From Candidatus Thorarchaeota archaeon (GTDB taxonomy: Archaea > Asgardarchaeota > Thorarchaeia > Thorarchaeales > Thorarchaeaceae), in contig PRDH01000041.1 in assembly GCA_003345545.1 (NCBI GenBank), positions 1 through 27,679 of the forward strand: 27,679 nt of DNA. The letters are read 5' to 3'. The translations under genes and the position numbers were made by a program. Positions within the stretch are counted from its first letter, which is position 1, and the number at the start of each line of letters is the position of its first letter. The notes beneath the pieces are model-generated. The model ran no database searches, had not been told where the DNA came from, and worked only from the letters and a program-made list of their open reading frames with translations. Positions 1-8,491 of this stretch are shown here, piece after piece.

Positions 1-2
1 AA

Positions 3-842
3 GAGATGATGGAGCGATTCGTTTCCGATTCTAGAGTCGGGGCAGTCGTCTGGTATGGTGACAGTGATGTTGGTTTGAAGCTCTGGTCCGATGCAGTAGG
101 AAGACGAACTCAGATGGCTCCTGAGTTGGCCGGTAGTGATCCATGCTTTGTCTGGGGAAAAGATGTAGATCTTCGAAAGGCTGCTGAGGTCATTACAAAG
201 GGCCGTTTCCTCGGCAGTGGACAGGCATGCATGGCTATTAAACGATTGATTGTGCAAGACTCATTGTACAGCGAGCTGGTATCGCTACTGGTTGAAGAAG
301 CCAAGAAGCTCAAGGTTGGCCTTCCATCCGACCCGACGGTATCACTCTCTCCGGTTGGCATCACAGCACTCTACCTTCTGATAGATCAGATGAAGGATGC
401 TGTGGCAAAGGGCGCGAAGATTGAAACGGGCGGATATCGAGTCAACTATCTTGATGAGCCTGATCCTGCAGGATTGTTCTACAAGCCCACGATAGTCACG
501 AATGTCAGCCTAGATATGCGCCTGATGACTGAAGAGGTATTTGCCCCCGCACTGCCAGTATACCCTGTGAAGAGTGTCGATGAGGCAATTGCTGTGGCTA
601 ATCAATCGCGCTTTGGCCTCAGATCCAGCGTGATCACTGATGATATAGAGATTCGACAGAGGTGGATCAAGGAGATCGAAACAGCAGGCGTTGGCACTGG
701 AGACGATCACCTGTATTACGACCCCTATATGCCACATCTCGGTGGATACAAGGATTCCGGGATCATCGGAGGAAAATACTTCACGACCATGCTCTCACGA
801 ATGAAGTACGTGCATGCTGGTCCCGAGACCGGATTTCTCTGA
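3..842 (+). CDS. NAD(P)-dependent aldehyde dehydrogenase family protein (5'-truncated by window edge)
   Basis: ALDH motifs ELAGSDP (general-base Glu), GQACMAIKR (catalytic Cys), EEVFAP, ANQSRFGL and GGYKDSG. The frame is open to the window start. Confidence 0.93.
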   Translation, partial: EMMERFVSDSRVGAVVWYGDSDVGLKLWSDAVGRRTQMAPELAGSDPCFVWGKDVDLRKAAEVITKGRFLGSGQACMAIKRLIVQDSLYSELVSLLVEEAKKLKVGLPSDPTVSLSPVGITALYLLIDQMKDAVAKGAKIETGGYRVNYLDEPDPAGLFYKPTIVTNVSLDMRLMTEEVFAPALPVYPVKSVDEAIAVANQSRFGLRSSVITDDIEIRQRWIKEIETAGVGTGDDHLYYDPYMPHLGGYKDSGIIGGKYFTTMLSRMKYVHAGPETGFL

Positions 843-900
843 TATTCCAGCTATTGAATACGTTCATCTAGTGCTCTTGATGTACTCTGTATGAGAGCAG

Positions 901-2235
901 ATGACCAACACTCCAGACAACAAACGAATCTCCAATGACCCAGAGGCGATCAAAGAAGCCCTAGAAGCTCTGCTCAAGTATCAGAACTCATCAATGTCAA
1001 TGAGACGTGTCTTGCGAGAGATGCGAACAGAGTCAACATCCGAGCAATATGCTCTTCATGAGCCGCTCGCCCTCGGTGTCATCAGATATCTGAACACGAT
1101 TGATTTCCTGCTGGCTCGTTCTCTCGGTTCTATCAGGCCTCAAGACTTGACACCCTGTGATAGAAATCTACTGCGCCTAGCTATCTATGATGTCCGTTGG
1201 CTGGGTTCAGCTGGCGTTGTGGAGTACACCAAAGGCTTGAATTCTTCTCTATGCGAGGCATTAGACAAGGCAATCAATCTCGATTTTGATGCTACAATCA
1301 AACCACTGCCAAAGGTGAATCAGGAGAGTCTACGATATTCTCACCCCACCTTCATAATAGAAACCTTACTTGAGCACTTGGGAGAGCGCGACACATATCA
1401 GCTTCTCTCCGCCAACAATAGGTCTCGTGTCTACTATCTACGACCGAATAAACATCGAGAAGGATATGAAGAGTCAATCAAGAAGGTGCAGGAACTAGGG
1501 GTGCGTTTGATACCTGATTCGAGTGTCAAGGATCTGTTCCGTATCTCGGGTGATGTCAATGCAGTTGTTTCTTCTGATCTATTTCAGAACGGAGATATAT
1601 TGATTCATGACAAAGCAAGTATATTGACTGTAAAAGCACTTCACGCTTCCCAGGCAGAGATCATCTGGGATGCCTGTGCAGCACCAGGCATGAAAACGCA
1701 TCTTCTCACCGAGGTGATGAATAATACTGGCAGGATTGTTGCTTCTGATGTATACACAGATCGTGTTAGGTCTGCCAAAAAGCGGTCCGAATTCCTTGGT
1801 ATGAGAAATGTATGTTGGGTGCAGGCTGATGCCTCTATGATGAAGGTGAAGGGAGCTCGGAGAGTCCTCATTGATGCTCCATGTTCTTCCACAGGCATGA
1901 TTCAAGGCCATCCCTCATTCAAATGGCGGCTTAATAAAGAGGTTCTCATGTCTATCATGTCGGTACAGCATAAGATACTCGACGGTGTCCTGAGGTCCTA
2001 CAGAGATGAACCGGGCACAGAGATCGTCTATGCAACATGCTCGATTCTTCCTCACGAAGGTGAATCTCAAATAGATTCTGTCATGAGTACGCATAACATC
2101 GAACTCATTGATACAGAGATAAGAGGAGACCCAGGTTATGATGGTTTTCAATGTTCTGAAATGGTCCGAAGGCTGTTTCCGCACAAGCATGAAACAAGTG
2201 GGTTCTTCATAGCTCGGATGCGGATTGTCCAGTGA
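901..2235 (+). CDS. RsmB/NOP2/NSUN-family RNA m5C methyltransferase with NusB-like N-terminal region
   Basis: DACAAPGMKT (SAM-binding motif I), LIDAPCSSTG (motif IV Cys), YATCS (motif VI Cys), C-terminal PHKHETSGFFIA. The N-terminal RNLLRLAIYD is a NusB-like helix. Confidence 0.93.
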   Translation: MTNTPDNKRISNDPEAIKEALEALLKYQNSSMSMRRVLREMRTESTSEQYALHEPLALGVIRYLNTIDFLLARSLGSIRPQDLTPCDRNLLRLAIYDVRWLGSAGVVEYTKGLNSSLCEALDKAINLDFDATIKPLPKVNQESLRYSHPTFIIETLLEHLGERDTYQLLSANNRSRVYYLRPNKHREGYEESIKKVQELGVRLIPDSSVKDLFRISGDVNAVVSSDLFQNGDILIHDKASILTVKALHASQAEIIWDACAAPGMKTHLLTEVMNNTGRIVASDVYTDRVRSAKKRSEFLGMRNVCWVQADASMMKVKGARRVLIDAPCSSTGMIQGHPSFKWRLNKEVLMSIMSVQHKILDGVLRSYRDEPGTEIVYATCSILPHEGESQIDSVMSTHNIELIDTEIRGDPGYDGFQCSEMVRRLFPHKHETSGFFIARMRIVQ

Positions 2236-3163
2236 TTCTTCTTTCAATGGACTCCATTACTCGTCGAGCGAACTCCCTGTCATCCTTGAATGACCATGGT
2301 ATCTTGAGGAAAAGCTTGTTGGCACTAATCATCATATCTTCGTCGCGACTTACAAGGGCTTTGAAGAGAATCTTTGTCCATACGAAACAAGGATGTTCCT
2401 GAAACTCCTGATTCTTCTTAGAGGTGGCTGCGATCTCAGTCAGGTATGCAATTCCCTCCTTGGGTTTGCCCAACATCAGGTCTGCGAGTGCTCCCATACA
2501 AGCCAGGATTACTGCATTCTTAGTCATCCCTGACTCAATGTACGACTTCGCTCCATCCTTGTACTCCTCAGCCTTCTTTTCATAGAGCGCCCTGCCGTGA
2601 CTTATGATGAGGTCTTTGCCTTCGTTCCTATCCGCCTTCTTTAGTGAGGCGCCCCCGTGGATCGCGGCTTTGAGCTCTACCTGCATATCACTCATTGGAG
2701 TTGCTTCGTTCAGTTTACGCGTCTTCTCCACTATATCCGTGCCGGCCTTCACAAGCATCTGTTTGATTACGGGATTGTTCAATGAGATGTCTTTCTTCTG
2801 CAATCCGTTTTCATATGCCACCCGTGCGGCTCTGAAGAAGTCATACGCTCTGTCAGTGAGATTATTCTTGTTTGCGAACTCGATAGCTTTTATGTATGCC
2901 AGAATCGCATTGTCTGTTTCATCCAGATTCTCAAACTGCCCTGCTGCTTCAATGATCCAAGGAAACGCATCTGTGCTATTCATATCGATTGCTTGTTGTG
3001 CCCTTGAGAGAGAACTATAGGCATCAACGCAAATCGTGGCAATGTCAGGTTTTTGGCATTTTGCAGCCATTTCGACTCTTGAAAGGCTCACCCCTCTAAG
3101 TCTGCACATGCTGGCTCCTGTTTCCTTGATGCCAAACCAAGTGCAATTTTCATCGCCTGACAA
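2207..3163 (-). CDS. Alpha-helical TPR/SNAP(Sec17)-like protein with 4-Cys N-terminus and internal WH2-like motif
   Basis: TTG start after a GGAGTG SD. Ala-rich paired helices (EAAGQFENLDETDNAILAYIKAIEF). The C-terminal FQEHPCFVWTKILFKALVSRDEDMM resembles the alpha-SNAP C-terminal bundle. ELKAAIHGGASLKKA at aa 163-177. The ORF is solid; the family call is tentative. Confidence 0.6.
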   Translation of the reverse strand: MSGDENCTWFGIKETGASMCRLRGVSLSRVEMAAKCQKPDIATICVDAYSSLSRAQQAIDMNSTDAFPWIIEAAGQFENLDETDNAILAYIKAIEFANKNNLTDRAYDFFRAARVAYENGLQKKDISLNNPVIKQMLVKAGTDIVEKTRKLNEATPMSDMQVELKAAIHGGASLKKADRNEGKDLIISHGRALYEKKAEEYKDGAKSYIESGMTKNAVILACMGALADLMLGKPKEGIAYLTEIAATSKKNQEFQEHPCFVWTKILFKALVSRDEDMMISANKLFLKIPWSFKDDREFARRVMESIERRITGQSASEL

Positions 3164-3276
3164 CAGATTTCACTCCAAGCATCACTATCATTCTGTCCTC
3201 TGAGTTAAAAAACAAACCCTCGTTATATCGTTACCTTTAAACCCTAACCTAGAGGGCAATTAGTGAGGTTTCCAGG

Positions 3277-3684
3277 GTGTCAGACGATGATACCGAGCTT
3301 GCAATCATCCGCCGTAAGAAAATGGCTGAATTAGTGGCGCGAGAGAAGAGATTGCAGGAAACAAGAGAACAGAACAAGAAAATCGGTGTAGAACGCGAGA
3401 AGATTCTGAAGCGTTTTCTTGACCCTGATGCTGTTTCATATCTTGAGGGCCTCAAAACACGTGAACCTGCAGTGGGTAGTAGGGTACAGGATATAATTCT
3501 CTATCTAATAGTTAATCGTGGTCTACGCGAAACAATCACACACACTGATGTGCGATACATTGAACGGCAAGTCAAGGGTGAGGAACCAACAATTCGTGTA
3601 CAACGCGATGGCGAGATCTCTGACTTTGGTTCATATGTGCGTGAAGCCATGAAAGAGAATAGCAAAGATTCAGAATCAGGTTAG
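3277..3684 (+). CDS. PDCD5/TFAR19-like double-stranded DNA-binding protein with C-terminal extension
   Basis: DDDTELAIIRRKKMAEL N-terminus and ILKRFLDPDAVSYLEGLK...VQDIILYL match the PDCD5 pattern. GTG start with a GAGG SD. Confidence 0.8.
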   Translation: MSDDDTELAIIRRKKMAELVAREKRLQETREQNKKIGVEREKILKRFLDPDAVSYLEGLKTREPAVGSRVQDIILYLIVNRGLRETITHTDVRYIERQVKGEEPTIRVQRDGEISDFGSYVREAMKENSKDSESG

Positions 3685-4583
3685 CCCAGGGCTTGTGCAC
3701 GAGCATTCCATTCCCTAATCATATATTGTAGTTCCTCTACACTACCCGAGTGTTTCTTCCAGGAATCCGCGGTTCTCCTCATCTGGAAGATAAGAGCTCC
3801 GCCTCTAGCGAGTTTCTGCTCTAGAACCTCGACCACTGTCTCTATTGCGAGGACAATGTTCCTGCTATCATCTGTTTTCTGCAGGAAAGCCTCAAGCCTT
3901 TCAAAGACTTCGGATGGGTCGAGTTGCAGCCATTCATCCCTCGGCATGATCACTTCTCTGTACTTAGCCGCTTGACGAATGGTATGACTATCTCTTATCT
4001 CAACTTCGCCCTCAGCCTGAAGGGCTTCGATATAATCTTGAGCTTGCATCATATCTAGGCCAAGGCTCGAAGCGACCTCCTCCAATAACACAGCTTTTCG
4101 ATTTTGGACCATACTCAGGATTCGGTATTTTGGGTCTCCGAATTCCAGCAAGACCTGCCTTAACTTCTCGTAGGCACCATCTTCCTGATTTAGGACTGAT
4201 GTGGCAGCCTGTGAGACGGATCTCAAGTCTTCCGTCAGCTTCTCAATGTTCATCTCTGCAAGTGCCAAGTTCTCTTTCAGAGACGAGTTCTCTGACTGTG
4301 GTTGTTTCTTTGCTAGAATCTGTATCTGCTCAGATTTGATACCTTGCATCTCCTTGCCAACTGTTTCAAGCGCTCCCTTTGTTTTTGCGAGCTGAGATTC
4401 GAGCATCCTAATCTGAGAATCACGTTCAGCAAGAGATGCCTCCAATCCAGCGACTTGGCTTCCTAGCTGATTCGCTCTCTTTTGAGACCCGTTGAGCTGA
4501 GCCTGCAGAGCATCTACCTTCTGATTAAGGGAAGCAATCTGCACAGTCTTCTCGCGAATTCGTTGGTTGATGTCCTCTGACAT
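3681..4583 (-). CDS. Coiled-coil protein with central winged-helix domain and helical C-terminus
   Basis: About 130 aa of heptad repeats, then PKYRILSMVQNRKAVLLEEVASSLGLDMMQAQDYIEALQAEGEVEI (wHTH pattern). Start placed at the second ATG (4583); the ORF track start is 4610. Confidence 0.7.
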   Translation of the reverse strand: MSEDINQRIREKTVQIASLNQKVDALQAQLNGSQKRANQLGSQVAGLEASLAERDSQIRMLESQLAKTKGALETVGKEMQGIKSEQIQILAKKQPQSENSSLKENLALAEMNIEKLTEDLRSVSQAATSVLNQEDGAYEKLRQVLLEFGDPKYRILSMVQNRKAVLLEEVASSLGLDMMQAQDYIEALQAEGEVEIRDSHTIRQAAKYREVIMPRDEWLQLDPSEVFERLEAFLQKTDDSRNIVLAIETVVEVLEQKLARGGALIFQMRRTADSWKKHSGSVEELQYMIREWNARAQALG

Positions 4584-4647
4584 AGCAATTCCACTAGTTT
4601 GTGCATCCATCGATAATTAAAGGAGCTTCGTCTAAACGTAGAGTCGT

Positions 4648-5415
4648 GTGGCGATTCTGCAATTGATTCTATTTGACGCTCACACTCATATCGACATGGC
4701 GCAGTTTCAAAAAGACTTGGAGAGTGTGGTTCAGAGAGCCCATGACGTAGGACTCCTAGGAATGGTGTCATCTTCCATGGGTCCTGGTTCATTTCGAAGA
4801 ACACTAGGCATCATGAGGAAGCACAACGGCTTCATCTATCACTCTGCAGGATGCTCTGTATCTCAGCTCACCGAACAAGATGCTACTAGGATTATCAACC
4901 TCGCCCAGAAACACACAAAGGAGATTGTGGCAATTGGTGAGGTCGGTCTGGATTACTATTGGATAAAGGATGCTCGCGGGCGAGAAGCACAGGAGCCCCT
5001 GTTTTCGCATTTCATCGAGCTTGCAAAGGAGATGAACCTGCCAATTGTCATTCATTCGAGGAAGGCTGAGGAAAGGGCCACGGAAATGCTCGAACGTCAG
5101 TTTTCAGGTGATGTGCTCATGCACTGCTTTGATGGGTCACCTCAAGTGGCTCGACGTATTGCCGATGATGGATGGAATATGACACTTCCAGCGAACTTTG
5201 ATAGATACCAAAATCGGATTGCTGCTGCAAAGATTATTCCTCTCGAGCAGATTCTACTGGAAACCGATGGTCCCTATCTCTCTCCTACTCCCGACCGCAA
5301 TGAACCCGCGAACGTTCAGTATGGTTGCGAGGCATTGAGTGGTATTCTCGGTATCTCGGTCGATGATGTCGCTATGGCCACGACTAACAATGCAAAACGA
5401 TTTTATCACTTGTAG
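4648..5415 (+). CDS. tatD: TatD-family metal-dependent DNase
   Basis: DAHTH, GEVGLDY, IVIHSR, HCF and LLETDGP motifs. The true start may be the TTG at 4663. Confidence 0.95.
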   Translation: MAILQLILFDAHTHIDMAQFQKDLESVVQRAHDVGLLGMVSSSMGPGSFRRTLGIMRKHNGFIYHSAGCSVSQLTEQDATRIINLAQKHTKEIVAIGEVGLDYYWIKDARGREAQEPLFSHFIELAKEMNLPIVIHSRKAEERATEMLERQFSGDVLMHCFDGSPQVARRIADDGWNMTLPANFDRYQNRIAAAKIIPLEQILLETDGPYLSPTPDRNEPANVQYGCEALSGILGISVDDVAMATTNNAKRFYHL

Positions 5416-5454
5416 TCGATAGTACAAGAATGCACTGTTGCGGAAGGTCCCAAT

Positions 5455-6246
5455 ATGTACCAGCGTCGATACTTAAAAGTGAACGGCGAATCTCTCAGGC
5501 GGCCCGTAGCTCTTGTCGGTTTCCCCGGGATTGCAGATGTCGGTAGAATTGCCGTGGAAACCCTGATTCGGGTCCTAAAGGCAAAACGCATGTGCGATCT
5601 CTTTAGTAAGGACCTTCCACCACGAGTGCTAGTGCAGAATGGCATAAGTGAGATTCCGAGGGCGAGTATCCATCTATATCGGGCTGCGCCTGATGAGCCA
5701 CACGACCTACTGATTCTCACAGCAGACTACCAGCCATCAACGAGTGCAGGTGTCTATGAGTTTGCAGATTTCATAGCTGGCGAATACAGCGCGCTTGGAG
5801 TCAAGGAATTGTTTGCTCTTGCTGCCTATGAACAGAGCTATGAAGACTACTTCAACTCGTACCCCGCGCCTCCACGAATCTATGTGTCTGCTAGCTCAGA
5901 GGAAATGCTTGGTAGACTTTCAGCGTCGGGCAATGTTGTAGTTCTTAAAGAGGGCTCGATTGTTGGAGCAAATGGTGTAATACCCTCATGGGCCTCAACC
6001 CTATACAGCATAGATGGAGCGTGCTTGCTAGGCGAAACACTTGGAGTGATTAAGACTGATTACCGCGCTGCAAAGGCTGTTCTGGAAAAGGCAGCGAGTA
6101 TCATCGGCATAACCGCGGATTTTGACGAAATGGACTCCGAGATTTCAAAGGTAACTCAACTTATAGAATGGGCAAGGCAAGAAATCAGCCAGAAAAAGGA
6201 ACCATCTAAAGACGATAGCAGTCCTTCAGACCTGTACATTGGATAG
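5455..6246 (+). CDS. PAC2-family proteasome assembly chaperone (archaeal PbaA/PbaB-like)
   Basis: LVGFPGIADVGRIA, LLILTADYQP, IVGANG, CLLGET, DYRAAKAVLE and the C-terminal LYIG (HbYX-like) typical of the family. Confidence 0.9.
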   Translation: MYQRRYLKVNGESLRRPVALVGFPGIADVGRIAVETLIRVLKAKRMCDLFSKDLPPRVLVQNGISEIPRASIHLYRAAPDEPHDLLILTADYQPSTSAGVYEFADFIAGEYSALGVKELFALAAYEQSYEDYFNSYPAPPRIYVSASSEEMLGRLSASGNVVVLKEGSIVGANGVIPSWASTLYSIDGACLLGETLGVIKTDYRAAKAVLEKAASIIGITADFDEMDSEISKVTQLIEWARQEISQKKEPSKDDSSPSDLYIG

Positions 6247-6247
6247 C

Positions 6248-6439
6248 CTATTCGACAGAGTCCGGATGAAGAATATCAGTGATCCATGCCTGACTATCAA
6301 GATTAATGTAGAAATGATGCTCCTCATGCTTGACCTTGACCGTGTATGGAAACCTGCTCGCTTTCTTTAGCACGTCCGGAGGTACTCTGAGCAACGTTCT
6401 TTTCTGGCAGACAGGACATTTTGCATATCTTTCAAACAT
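6248..6439 (-). CDS. Small putative Zn-binding protein (CxxC...HxxH)
   Basis: CPVC plus HEEHH, followed by a beta strand FYINLD. ATG preceded by GAGGGG. Resembles small domains common in Asgard genomes. Confidence 0.7.
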   Translation of the reverse strand: MFERYAKCPVCQKRTLLRVPPDVLKKASRFPYTVKVKHEEHHFYINLDSQAWITDILHPDSVE

Positions 6440-6459
6440 AGTTACCCCTCGTATTGATG

Positions 6460-6861
6460 CTACACGATTTTCGAGTCCTTGCTCAGAATGAGCAGTGCAT
6501 TGTTAGTTTCAGGTTCTTCAAGCGCCTTTGTGAACGCTCGAATCACAATCTCGGGCGATTGTTGAGCCAGTTTTTCGGAGTCCGTGGCAACTATTCTGAG
6601 GTTCTCGTAGATGCCTGTTTCCGCAAGCACTCTAAACTCAGAATCTTCATTCCTTACATGCAGAATCAGGAAGCCAGCAAAGTCCTTGAACTCGTCTTTC
6701 GGTCCTCTGAGTCGTGCTGACACCCTCTCGACTCTCCCTTTCTCCTTCATGCCATTTAGAAGGTATGCTCGAATCACTTGGTTTCCGACCTTTCGCCTAA
6801 TGTCAATGAATTCTTCAACAGATGAGTCCTCATTGACGAGTTTCCATGTCGAGTCGGATAT
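6460..6861 (-). CDS. Hypothetical protein (probably ~133 aa, extended start)
   Basis: The ORF track gives GTG at 6777. The frame stays open upstream (SDSTWKLVNEDSSVEEFIDIRRKVGNQ) to an ATA at 6861 preceded by GGTG. Co-oriented with the Zn-binding gene, 20 bp apart. Confidence 0.65.
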   Translation of the reverse strand: MSDSTWKLVNEDSSVEEFIDIRRKVGNQVIRAYLLNGMKEKGRVERVSARLRGPKDEFKDFAGFLILHVRNEDSEFRVLAETGIYENLRIVATDSEKLAQQSPEIVIRAFTKALEEPETNNALLILSKDSKIV

Positions 6862-7005
6862 AGTCTTACACCATCATACCACCAATCAGGAGCAAATATA
6901 GAGATTGCCCGGGCGTATTGAATCACCTGTGAATGCTGCGGAATAACCTTATCTATTAGCGCGCAATCCAGTTTAGTTCAGAAGGACAAGGATGTAGTAG
7001 TTGCC

Positions 7006-7713
7006 ATGATGCAGACTGTAGACATGATTATCCGAGAAGTCCAAGCGGGACTATGGTTTCTCGTTGTTGGCTATTACTTCTTCATCTTTATCTTCTTGTT
7101 GTTTTTCAGATGGAGAAACACGAGGAATCCATTTCAGCTTGCCATGGCTCTCTTCTTCCTCCTATTGGCCATAGGCCGATGTTTCTACTTTGTTGGCGAT
7201 TTCTATGCTGATCCAAGAAGTCTAGCAGAGGGTCTTACTCCCTATCTTGGTGTTTCAGACTTCTGGCTGATGGCAGGATCCTTTTTCCAATGGATGGCTT
7301 TGGCAATCCTCTCCGCAACAGCAGGTTTTATGATTCTGGGGAAACGATGGGCGGAGATTGCGTTTGCGGTGCCCGCTGTATCTATCGGAGTTGTTCTTGG
7401 TTTTGTGCCTTTGGATGCTACAACCAGAGGACTTCTCGCTGGAGGCGCAGGAGCTGTCTATGCACTCTTTATACCGTTACTCTTCTGGTATCTAGCCTGG
7501 CAGTCTGGAGGGAAATTGCGAAGGTCGAATGCTCTCTTAGGATTAGGTTTCTTTATTCTCTTTGCAGGTAGAGTAATTCACTCGATCAGATATCCGATAG
7601 CCGATGCCTTTTTTGGAGGTTCAATCGCAATACCCGGCGTAATTGCACCCGGTCTCGAAGTCATTGGTCTCATTGTGATTGCCACAGGAAATGAATGGGG
7701 GCAGTCAGTATAG
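7006..7713 (+). CDS. Seven-transmembrane-helix membrane protein of unknown function
   Basis: Seven hydrophobic segments of ~20 aa, basic loops (RWRNTRN, GGKLRRS) and no soluble domain. Confidence 0.75.
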   Translation: MMQTVDMIIREVQAGLWFLVVGYYFFIFIFLLFFRWRNTRNPFQLAMALFFLLLAIGRCFYFVGDFYADPRSLAEGLTPYLGVSDFWLMAGSFFQWMALAILSATAGFMILGKRWAEIAFAVPAVSIGVVLGFVPLDATTRGLLAGGAGAVYALFIPLLFWYLAWQSGGKLRRSNALLGLGFFILFAGRVIHSIRYPIADAFFGGSIAIPGVIAPGLEVIGLIVIATGNEWGQSV

Positions 7714-7778
7714 TCTAACTCACGGCAGATAGTGACGTTAGAATCTCAATCGGGGGAATAGGGAACAGGAAAACTGAC

Positions 7779-8390
7779 TCAACCTATCTCTTTCCATTCG
7801 AGCATTCTCATATCCTCGAGCGTGTGAAGCGACTTCTGGACTTCCTTCATGTGTTTACCAAGTTGATCAGCGATGTTTTGGGCTGTCAACATGCCTTTGC
7901 ACATCTTGGCCACATCATACGTATCTTGGCTCATTTGGCCGAGTCTCACAAGCATCGGTGATACTTTTCCTTTCAGCACCGGTACAACAATTCTAGTTTC
8001 AGAGGCATGTCCTTCTTTTGTGATTTCATCGAGATTCTTGTAGAACTTCTCGAAAGGCTCCAAGTTGCCGTCCCAAGATGCAAGCATCGATCCGTACTTT
8101 CCAACGAATTCACTGTTGACCTCAGCTAGAACAGCCATTGCTGCGTTTCCGTCATCCACCTTGTCCACAGTTGCTGCGACTATGACATTATCTTTGAGAG
8201 AGAGGCAAATATCGAAGGCACCAAAGTCAATCACATGGACTCTGTTTCCATCACTTAATTCTCGACCAAACTGAATTAGAGCAGTCAGAAATCCACTGAT
8301 CAAGTTGGGATCCATGTCTGCCGACCCATATTTTCTATCTAGAACACAAAGACCACTGTCAGCGACCAATATGTAGACAGCTTGAATCAA
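7779..8390 (-). CDS. Longin-like domain protein with C-terminal winged helix
   Basis: MIQAVYILVADSGLCVLDRKY..DPNLISGFLTALIQFGREL plus three strands and a helix (EFVGKY) fit the longin/sigma-adaptin topology. The C-terminal LTAQNIADQLGKHMKEVQKSLHTLEDMRMLEW is a wHTH. Confidence 0.75.
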   Translation of the reverse strand: MIQAVYILVADSGLCVLDRKYGSADMDPNLISGFLTALIQFGRELSDGNRVHVIDFGAFDICLSLKDNVIVAATVDKVDDGNAAMAVLAEVNSEFVGKYGSMLASWDGNLEPFEKFYKNLDEITKEGHASETRIVVPVLKGKVSPMLVRLGQMSQDTYDVAKMCKGMLTAQNIADQLGKHMKEVQKSLHTLEDMRMLEWKEIG

Positions 8391-8491
8391 TGCAAATCTC
8401 CCACTGCTTTACTTTGAAAAGGATTAGCTCGCGTTTCTTTATAGAACTTTATGTGGTCGCCTCATTCTATTGGAGAGGTTTATCAGCGCGC

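Noticed and set aside
2604-3020. 138-aa plus-strand hydrophobic ORF
   Set aside because: Antisense shadow of the Lys/Glu-rich helical protein gene.
7006-7713. Possible rhodopsin (7TM)
   Set aside because: No Lys in helix 7 for the retinal Schiff base and no helix-3 RYxxW-type motif.
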